Positions 1-6,647 of a stretch of 13,213 nucleotides of DNA are shown piece by piece. A program made the position numbers and the translations under genes. Location: positions 1-13,213 of the forward strand of contig CAXBPH010000199.1 in the NCBI GenBank assembly GCA_963977445.1, read 5' to 3'. Origin of the DNA: an uncultured bacterium (GTDB taxonomy: Bacteria > Hydrogenedentota > Hydrogenedentia > Hydrogenedentales > JAEUWI01). The number at the start of each line of letters is the position of its first letter. The first letter of the stretch is position 1. The notes beneath the pieces are model-generated. The model saw only the letters and a program-made list of their open reading frames with translations. It was not told where the DNA came from and ran no database searches.

Positions 1-193
1 AAAATCTACCGGCTAGACTTGGATGAATAGCCGTGTTGCATTTAGTTTATGAAACTGGCGGGCTCCTGATAGGTAGTTGGCGATATATTTTTCAGTCGTG
101 TAAGCTATGTCTGTAAACCTGAGACAAGACTTCGATCTTGCGATGAAGGTTAAACGCAATTGGTCGGTACCCAATAGACGAGGAGAGTAACTC

Positions 194-2290
194 TTGAGCG
201 AAGTGGTTTCCTATAGCACCGATGGCAACGTAGGTATTATTACCATCGATTCCCCCCCTGTAAATGCTCTTTCCGTTGCCGTGCGACGGGGTATTATGGC
301 CTCCTTTTCGTCGGGTTTGCAGGACGGTAGCGTGGCGGCACTGGTCCTGATTTGTTCCGGCCGTACCTTTATCGCCGGGGCGGATATTACCGAATTTGAT
401 CGGGCGCCGGAAAGTCCCTGGCTCGATGAAGTGATCGACGTTATTGAGGGCGGGGATAAGCCCGCAGTGGCGGCTATTCATGGCACGGCCCTCGGGGGGG
501 GACTGGAGACGGCGCTGGCATGTCACTATCGTGTTGCCCTTTCGAGTGCACGTTGCGGATTGCCGGAGGTGCATCTCGGAATCGTGCCTGGAGCGGGGGG
601 GACCCAGCGTTTGCCCCGATTGATCGGCCCCGAAGCGGCGGTGGAGATGATCGCGTCTGGCGTTCCTGTTGGTGCAGCCCGCGCCCTGGAGCTGGGTCTC
701 ATCGACCAAATTATTGAGGGGGACTTGCGGGAAGGGGCCGTCGCTTTCGCGAGGGAACTCATCGAGGCCGGGAAGGGCCCACGCCGCATCCGCGATATGT
801 CGGAGATGGTGACGGGCGTCGATCCGGCGCTTTTCGTCGGCGTACGAAACGCCTATGCGAAGAAGCGACGTGGTTTTGATTCGCCCCAACGTGCCATCGA
901 TTGCGTCGAGATTGCTACCCAGACGGACATCGATGCAGGCCTTGCAAAGGAGCGGGCAATCTTTGATGCTTGTTTGTCGTCGGCCCAGTCAAAGGCCCAA
1001 CGTCATATCTTCTTCGCGGAACGCATGGCGAGTAAGATTCCCGACGTGCCGAAGGATACGCCGGTTCGGATCATAGAATCTGCGGCGATTATCGGAGCAG
1101 GTACCATGGGCGGTGGTATTGCCATGAACTTCGCCAGTGTCGGGATTCCGGTGCTGCTGATGGACGCTACCCAGGATGGCCTCGACCGGGGCATGGCGAT
1201 CATAGCGAAGAATTATGCCAGCGGCGTGAAGAAAGGGCGAATGACCCAGGCCCAGATGGACGCCACCATGGCCTTAATTCAACCCACCTTATCCTATGAT
1301 GACCTGAGTGCGGTGGATATTGTCATAGAAGCGGTATTCGAAGAGATGGATATCAAGAAAACCGTCTTTGCCGAGTTGGATCGGGTTTGTAAGGCCGATG
1401 CGATTCTGGCAACGAATACGTCGACCTTGGATATTGATGAAATTGCCGCGAGTATCTCTCGCCCGGAACAGGTGATTGGGCTACACTTTTTCAGTCCCGC
1501 CAACATCATGAAGCTTCTGGAGATTGTTCGGGGTGCGAAGACCGCGAAAGAAGTCATCGCCACCGCGTTTCAATTGAGTAAGATGATTCGAAAGATCGGT
1601 GTACTTGTCGGGGTTTGTGACGGCTTTGTGGGTAACCGCATGGTTCACCCCTATATTAACGAGTCCATGTTTCTTCTGGAAGAAGGGGCAACCCCATCAC
1701 AGGTGGATGGTGCCATCTATAACTTTGGTATGGCCATGGGTCCTCATGCCATGAGCGATCTCGCTGGACTGGACGTGGGCTGGCGCATACGCCAACGTCA
1801 GGCATCTACGCGCCCGGCCGACGAACGATATTGTTCCATTGCCGATAAGATATGTGAACAAGGTAATTATGGCCAGAAAACGGGACGTGGATTCTATCTC
1901 TACGATCCCGCGACCCGGGCTGCCTCGGCGGACCCGGAGGTCGAAGCCTTGTGTGTATCCGAAGGGCAGGAGAAGGGCATTGCACGACGGGATATCAGTG
2001 ACGCAGAGATTGTTGAACGGTGCATTTATGCATTGATCAACGAAGGTGCCCGTATTCTCGAGGAGGGCATCGCGCTTCGTGCATCGGATATCGATGTGAT
2101 CTATGTCTACGGTTATGGTTTTCCCGCGTTTCGTGGGGGGCCAATGCACTATGCGGATACGGTAGGCGTTGCAGAAGTATACCGGCGGATTTGTGAGTTT
2201 CACGAAGAGCATGGGACACTCTGGGAGCCCGCGCCCCTGCTCAAGCAGCTTGCCGAGTTGGGCGGGACCTTTGCGGCGTATTCGAAATAG
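194..2290 (+). CDS. Bifunctional enoyl-CoA hydratase / 3-hydroxyacyl-CoA dehydrogenase (FadB/FadJ-like fatty acid oxidation enzyme), 698 aa
   Basis: N-terminal crotonase motifs (FIAGADI, GTALGGGLE, LPEVHLG..PGAGGTQRLPR); Rossmann motif IIGAGTMGGGIA; IEAVFE, LATNTS, catalytic GLHFFSPA; GFVGNR. TTG start at 194 with GAGGAG at 180-185. Confidence 0.95.
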   Translation: MSEVVSYSTDGNVGIITIDSPPVNALSVAVRRGIMASFSSGLQDGSVAALVLICSGRTFIAGADITEFDRAPESPWLDEVIDVIEGGDKPAVAAIHGTALGGGLETALACHYRVALSSARCGLPEVHLGIVPGAGGTQRLPRLIGPEAAVEMIASGVPVGAARALELGLIDQIIEGDLREGAVAFARELIEAGKGPRRIRDMSEMVTGVDPALFVGVRNAYAKKRRGFDSPQRAIDCVEIATQTDIDAGLAKERAIFDACLSSAQSKAQRHIFFAERMASKIPDVPKDTPVRIIESAAIIGAGTMGGGIAMNFASVGIPVLLMDATQDGLDRGMAIIAKNYASGVKKGRMTQAQMDATMALIQPTLSYDDLSAVDIVIEAVFEEMDIKKTVFAELDRVCKADAILATNTSTLDIDEIAASISRPEQVIGLHFFSPANIMKLLEIVRGAKTAKEVIATAFQLSKMIRKIGVLVGVCDGFVGNRMVHPYINESMFLLEEGATPSQVDGAIYNFGMAMGPHAMSDLAGLDVGWRIRQRQASTRPADERYCSIADKICEQGNYGQKTGRGFYLYDPATRAASADPEVEALCVSEGQEKGIARRDISDAEIVERCIYALINEGARILEEGIALRASDIDVIYVYGYGFPAFRGGPMHYADTVGVAEVYRRICEFHEEHGTLWEPAPLLKQLAELGGTFAAYSK

Positions 2291-2334
2291 CATTTACTGG
2301 TAATTCAATGACGATGGAAAGATGCTTCGGGAAA

Positions 2335-2361
2335 AAGAATGCAGGGGTGGGGTGCATTCTT
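2335..2361. repeat. Perfect 9-bp inverted repeat AAGAATGCA-GGGGTGGGG-TGCATTCTT (possible weak terminator or operator)
   Basis: Arms 2335-2343 and 2353-2361 are exact reverse complements; located about 45 nt after the stop at 2290. Function not established. Confidence 0.45.
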
Positions 2362-2437
2362 CGACATACGGATGATACGTAATTATTTCGGGCACGAAAT
2401 TAGGTGTAACTTGCGTGGAAACGCGGTAGAGGTTTGA

Positions 2438-3613
2438 ATGGACTCGACAACATCAGGCTTGGAAAAGTGTCTTCAGGTTGGGCTGGATATTTTTCTCGAC
2501 ACCCAACCGGGACAACATGATACCAAGAGGTATCCTGGTAGCATTCGGGGTTGGGACGTGGGGCAGTATATATTGCTGGGGATGCGGCGAGGTGCCACAA
2601 TGCCTCTCGTGCGGCGGGGAAAGAAGTGCGTCGTTCGATTTATGCATGAGGGGGAGGTGTGGGGGTTTACCGCCGTATTTGGTGAGCCATCAACCAATCC
2701 AGATTTTCCACTGCTTCAGCTCTACTGGCCCAGTGAAGTCGCCCGGCTGCAAGTCCGGAAGCATGAGCGGGTTGAAATTAAAATTGCCTGTACCCTCCAT
2801 TTGAATGATGAAGAAACGGAAATGGGTACCATTGGTGACATAAGTGGCGGTGGCTGTAGTGTGGTATCGGCCCATGCCCTCGACGTGGGAGCAAACATTC
2901 GCCTTTCCTTCCGCATGCCCGAGGGGGCGCAGGTTTCGGGGCGCCCCGTCCTTATTAGAAACCGCAAAGAAGAAGGCAGCAGTGGCTACCGATACGGCTG
3001 CCAGTTTCAGGAGGAGACCCAGGGCGACCGCGGCATTGAATTGTTTGTGGCCCGAAAAATCGCAACGGATCGGGGCGAAGCAGCACCCCATCCTCAGATT
3101 CTGTTGCTTTCCCGAAGCGATGAAGACCTGAAGATTGCCCAGCAGGGTCTGGCCGACACCCCCTATGAGGCGGTTGCGACGGCTGGTCTGTTGGACCTGG
3201 GGCACCAGTTGCGTACGTGTACCACGGTTGGAATCTTGATTAGTTCAGAGCAAAAAGAGCTCTCAGCGCTGGAGTTGATTCCCCTGATCAAGCAATCGGC
3301 AGACATGGAAGATGTTCCGCTGTTTCTTTACGGTGGCGATAGTGGGCTGCATGGACAAGCCACGGGTATGGGTGCAACCCTTTGTTTGGCCGACCTTTCC
3401 GCAGTTGGGGAAACCATTCCCCACCTGTTGAAGGTGGAGATGCCGGAGACCGCGATTGAAGACGCGGGGTCTGAAGACGCTTCTCCGTCCGACGATGGTG
3501 GCGCTGAGCCCGCAGAGGAGGCCGATATGCCGTTGGCCTCTGCCGATGAGTCAGAAGTTGATGATGACGATGACGATGACGATGACGACGGGGACGAGAT
3601 TGAACTTGGCTGA
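2438..3613 (+). CDS. PilZ-domain c-di-GMP-binding protein (YcgR/flagellar-brake-like N-domain + PilZ + degenerate receiver-like domain + acidic tail), 391 aa
   Basis: RxxxR (RKHER, aa 107-111) and DxSxxG (DISGGG, aa 134-139) PilZ motifs, YGCQF strand; N-domain with VRF..EG.V.GF...L.L.WP pattern; aa ~219-332 follow a receiver-like beta/alpha pattern; AGAGG upstream of ATG. Confidence 0.85.
   Translation: MDSTTSGLEKCLQVGLDIFLDTQPGQHDTKRYPGSIRGWDVGQYILLGMRRGATMPLVRRGKKCVVRFMHEGEVWGFTAVFGEPSTNPDFPLLQLYWPSEVARLQVRKHERVEIKIACTLHLNDEETEMGTIGDISGGGCSVVSAHALDVGANIRLSFRMPEGAQVSGRPVLIRNRKEEGSSGYRYGCQFQEETQGDRGIELFVARKIATDRGEAAPHPQILLLSRSDEDLKIAQQGLADTPYEAVATAGLLDLGHQLRTCTTVGILISSEQKELSALELIPLIKQSADMEDVPLFLYGGDSGLHGQATGMGATLCLADLSAVGETIPHLLKVEMPETAIEDAGSEDASPSDDGGAEPAEEADMPLASADESEVDDDDDDDDDDGDEIELG
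3560..3589 (+). repeat. GAY trinucleotide run (10 Asp codons) including (GATGAC)x4
   Basis: GAT GAT GAC GAT GAC GAT GAC GAT GAC GAC read directly; encodes D10 near the C-terminus of the PilZ protein. Confidence 0.9.
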
Positions 3614-3642
3614 AATACGCTGGTCTGAAACGAGGTGGGCTC

Positions 3643-4398
3643 ATGGCCTGGTTGGGTGAGCTGGCATTGGCCCGAGAAGCTGCGTTTGCTGCCGCCCGGG
3701 TACTTCAGGAAATGGGGAAACGTCCCGTCGTTGTACTTAGCGACGCAGGGCGCGACATCAAGCTTGAAGCCGATCGGGAAGCCGAAAGCGTTATCTTGAA
3801 GCTCCTTTCTTCCAGCAACTTTCCAGTGTTGGCGGAAGAGAGTGGGGCCCATGGTGATGTGTTGGGTGCGGCCCCGGTCTGGGTGGTTGACCCCCTCGAT
3901 GGAACGATGAATTTCAGTCGTGAAATCCCCTTTTATTGTGTGTCTATCGCACTACTCGTAAACGGCGAACCGGTTTTGGGGATCGTTCACGATATCGTCA
4001 GGAAGGAAACCTTCTCCGGAGTCGTGGGCGAAGGCTGCTGGCTGAACGACGAACCTGTGGTGGTCTCGCGCGTGACCGATCCAGCACGTGCCATTCTGGC
4101 GACAGGGTTCCCCACGGGGAGGGATTTTGAGCCGGAATCTCTGGTGGGGTGCCTTCACGATATGGGACGTTTCAAGAAAGTCAGAATGCTGGGGAGCGCC
4201 GCCTTGATGCTGGCCTACGTCGCCGTCGGGCGAGTCGATGCGTATAGCGAAGATGACATTATGTTTTGGGATGTAGCAGCGGGCGTCGCCCTGGTCAAGG
4301 CCGCTGGGGGATTTGCTTCGGTCCGTCCGTCCTCGCGACTCAAATGGGGGCGCTACGTACGCTGCGCGAGCTGTTCTGAATTGTGGCCCAATCACTAA
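3643..4398 (+). CDS. suhB: Inositol monophosphatase family protein (SuhB-like), 251 aa
   Basis: Motifs ADREAE, LAEE, WVVDPLDGTMNF, RMLGSAAL.LAYVA.GR.D, WDVAAG; GAGGT RBS at 3632-3636. Exact substrate within the family is not determinable. Confidence 0.9.
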   Translation: MAWLGELALAREAAFAAARVLQEMGKRPVVVLSDAGRDIKLEADREAESVILKLLSSSNFPVLAEESGAHGDVLGAAPVWVVDPLDGTMNFSREIPFYCVSIALLVNGEPVLGIVHDIVRKETFSGVVGEGCWLNDEPVVVSRVTDPARAILATGFPTGRDFEPESLVGCLHDMGRFKKVRMLGSAALMLAYVAVGRVDAYSEDDIMFWDVAAGVALVKAAGGFASVRPSSRLKWGRYVRCASCSELWPNH

Positions 4399-4521
4399 GG
4401 CGATAGGGTGGCTGTAGGACCGGAATGTTCATCGTTATGACTGTAATGGGCTACATCGGTGTGTTATGCTTAGCCCAGTCCCAACCCACCCGTAGAAGTC
4501 GTCTATACAGGAGTTTTAACC

Positions 4522-5466
4522 ATGTCTCACGTAAATCTCATCACCGGGGGAGCAGGTTTTCTTGGCTCTCATTTGTGTGAGGCCTTATTGACACGTGGTG
4601 AGGAAGTGTTGTGTTTAGACAATTTTTTCACGGGCCGCAAAGAGAATATCGCCCATTTACTCGGCAACCCACGATTTGAGCTGGTCCGTCACGACGTAAC
4701 CGAGCCCATTGTTATCGAAGCCGATAGAATTTTCAATCTCGCTTGTCCAGCGTCCCCCGTTCATTACCAGCACAACCCCGTGAAAACGATTAAGACCAAC
4801 GTGATGGGCGCGCTTAATATGCTCGGACTGGCGAAGCGCGTGGGCGCGCGGATTCTCCAGGCATCTACGTCGGAAGTCTATGGCGACCCCGAGGTGCATC
4901 CGCAGGTCGAAAGCTATTGGGGCAACGTTAACCCTATCGGCCCACGCAGTTGCTACGACGAAGGCAAACGGGTCGCAGAGACATTGTTTTTTGATTACCA
5001 TCAGCAGAATCGGGTCGACATTCGGGTGATACGTATTTTCAACACCTACGGCCCACGCATGCAAATCGATGACGGCCGGGTGGTCAGCAATTTCGTGGTT
5101 CAGGCCTTGCGTGGTGAGCCCATAACTCTCTATGGCGATGGCAGCCAGACCCGATCGTTCTGCTACTACGAAGACCTGATCCGGGGAATGATGGCGATGA
5201 TGGATTGTGACGGATTTACAGGGCCTGTGAATATTGGAAATCCGGGAGAGTTTACCATTCGGGAATTGGCCGAAACGGTAATTCGACTGACAGGCTCTTC
5301 GTCTGAGTTGGTCTTTAAGCCACTGCCTCAGAATGATCCGACCCGCAGAAAGCCCGATATTTCCGTGGCGAAAGACAAGCTTGCGTGGGAGCCCCGCATC
5401 GATTTAGAAGAGGGATTGAAACCAACTATCGCCTACTTTGCCGACCAGATTGGCCGCGAAATCTGA
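4522..5466 (+). CDS. uxs: UDP-glucuronic acid decarboxylase (UDP-xylose synthase) family, extended SDR, 314 aa
   Basis: [51 protein letters not shown] (YxxxK), [33 protein letters not shown] at 4509-4513. Confidence 0.95.
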   Translation: MSHVNLITGGAGFLGSHLCEALLTRGEEVLCLDNFFTGRKENIAHLLGNPRFELVRHDVTEPIVIEADRIFNLACPASPVHYQHNPVKTIKTNVMGALNMLGLAKRVGARILQASTSEVYGDPEVHPQVESYWGNVNPIGPRSCYDEGKRVAETLFFDYHQQNRVDIRVIRIFNTYGPRMQIDDGRVVSNFVVQALRGEPITLYGDGSQTRSFCYYEDLIRGMMAMMDCDGFTGPVNIGNPGEFTIRELAETVIRLTGSSSELVFKPLPQNDPTRRKPDISVAKDKLAWEPRIDLEEGLKPTIAYFADQIGREI

Positions 5467-5505
5467 AGACTCCCATGGGGGCGGCGCGAAATGGAATAGG
5501 AATCG

Positions 5506-5952
5506 TCAGGACTTGGCAGAGGTTGCCATTCCCAGAAATTCGCGAAGTTCGTCGCCATTTTTCGTCATGTCGGCCAGGGTATAACTATCCAATACCTCAC
5601 AAAAGGCCGTGAAGGCTTCCATCAACACCCCCTTCAAACGACAGGCTGGTGAGATGACGCAACGGTTGCTCTCGCGATCGAAGCATTCGACAATATTGAA
5701 GTTGGGCTCGGTATTGCGAATGACCTCGCCCAAGTTTATCTGCTCAGGGGCGCGGGCCAGACGCATGCCACCCTGTCTTCCCCGTATCGTCGTGATGTAC
5801 CCCAATTTTCCCAGATTGTGAACCACTTTGACCAAGTGATTTCTGGAAATATTGTAACGCGCAGAAATCTCCGTAATCGTCACATTTCTATCGCATACCG
5901 ACAGGTAGATCAGGGTTCTAAGCGCGTAGTCGCTGTATTGGGTCAATTGCAT
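5506..5952 (-). CDS. nsrR: Rrf2 family Fe-S transcriptional repressor, NsrR type (NO sensor), 148 aa
   Basis: MQLTQYSDYALRTLIYL start, ISRNHLVKVV helix, RGRQGG wing, three Cys in VECF-x5-RC-x5-C followed by L..A..AF; AGGAG RBS (5962-5966, - strand); divergent from a globin. Confidence 0.9.
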   Translation of the reverse strand: MQLTQYSDYALRTLIYLSVCDRNVTITEISARYNISRNHLVKVVHNLGKLGYITTIRGRQGGMRLARAPEQINLGEVIRNTEPNFNIVECFDRESNRCVISPACRLKGVLMEAFTAFCEVLDSYTLADMTKNGDELREFLGMATSAKS

Positions 5953-5980
5953 TTGTGTAAGCTCCTATCGCTCTGCCTCT

Positions 5981-5989
5981 AGTATACCA
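5981..5989 (-). promoter_or_regulatory. Putative extended -10 promoter of nsrR (TGGTATACT)
   Basis: Reverse complement of 5981-5989 is TG-G-TATACT, about 30 nt upstream of the nsrR ATG; no good -35 seen. Confidence 0.5.
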
Positions 5990-6005
5990 TTCTCCTTAAT
6001 AAGAG

Positions 6006-6034
6006 TTGACATTGCCCTCCGAGATCCTTAAGAT
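6006..6034 (+). promoter_or_regulatory. sigma70-type promoter for the globin-reductase genes: TTGACA-N17-TAAGAT
   Basis: Perfect -35 TTGACA at 6006-6011, 17-nt spacer, -10 TAAGAT at 6029-6034. Confidence 0.75.
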
Positions 6035-6052
6035 AGATTTTAAATCCATGTT
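6030..6052. promoter_or_regulatory. NsrR-like operator, 11-1-11 inverted repeat AAGATAGATTT-T-AAATCCATGTT
   Basis: 9 of 11 positions are symmetric; resembles the known NsrR site AAGATGCATTT-N-AAATACATCTT; overlaps the -10 and predicted +1 of the globin promoter and sits beside nsrR. Confidence 0.8.
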
Positions 6053-6153
6053 AGTGTATGGAAAAAGCACACGGTGATTTGCACAAGACAATCACGCCGG
6101 GATGATTTTTTCACAATCCAATTTTATGACGGCAACGGACTAAGGAGTGAAGC

Positions 6154-6519
6154 ATGAGCGCATTATATGAAGAGATTGGTGGAGAAGCAGCGGTAGATGC
6201 GGCGGTCGATATTTTCTATCGGCATGTCCTGAGCGACGATCGTATCGCTCACTTTTTTGATGGGGTCGATATGGAGCGCCAGGCGCAAAAGCAAAAAGCG
6301 TTTTTGACCATGGCTTTTGGCGGCCCACATAATTATACAGGCCAAGACATGCGCACCGGTCACGCCCACCTGGTTAAGCAAGGCTTGAACGACAGTCATT
6401 TCAACGCCGTCGCTGAAAACCTGGCAACAACACTGACGGAACTCAACGTTCCACAAGACAAAATCGATCAGGTCCTTGCGATTGCTGAAAGCACTCGTGA
6501 AGACGTGCTTGGTCGTTAA
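6154..6519 (+). CDS. glbN: Group I (N) truncated 2/2 hemoglobin, 121 aa
   Basis: LYEEIGG, VDIFY (Tyr22 = B10), HFF (Phe35 = CD1), Gln43 E7 / Lys46 E10 / Gln47 E11, AFGGP..Y.G, proximal His70 (F8); TAAGGAG RBS at 6141-6147. Confidence 0.95.
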   Translation: MSALYEEIGGEAAVDAAVDIFYRHVLSDDRIAHFFDGVDMERQAQKQKAFLTMAFGGPHNYTGQDMRTGHAHLVKQGLNDSHFNAVAENLATTLTELNVPQDKIDQVLAIAESTREDVLGR

Positions 6520-6547
6520 ATTACCACAGGCGGGCCATACGAAGTTG

Positions 6548-6583
6548 CCGTTGCGGGTCAGTCATCGGGCTGACCTGCAACGG
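6548..6583 (+). other. Intercistronic 16-bp RNA hairpin (CCGTTGCGGGTCAGTC-ATCG-GGCTGACCTGCAACGG)
   Basis: 14 Watson-Crick plus 2 G-U pairs on the + strand, 4-nt loop, no following U-tract. Confidence 0.75.
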
Positions 6584-6647
6584 GCTCCACAAAACGACCC
6601 GTTCGATCTCATTTCATCCCCCCTCTACCCGAATGAAGAGCTGTGCC

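Noticed and set aside
77..106. TTGGCG-N18-TAAGCT as promoter of the fad gene
   Set aside because: Both hexamers are mediocre and the spacing is suboptimal; not supportable without TSS data.
92..889. 265-aa ORF on - strand (and 1697-2293, 198 aa)
   Set aside because: Antisense shadows of the fad gene; no recognisable motifs.
2390..2404. GGGCACG resembling a sigma54 -24 element upstream of the PilZ gene
   Set aside because: The -12 position reads TAGG rather than TTGC; the conserved GC is missing.
3288..3852. - strand ORFs with poly-Ser or HR repeats
   Set aside because: Alternative-frame readings of the poly-Asp GAY run in the PilZ gene.
6100..6115. CRP/FNR-like site (GATGA...TCACA)
   Set aside because: Half-site spacing is 5 rather than 6 and the left half is poor; no TTGAT-N4-ATCAA match.
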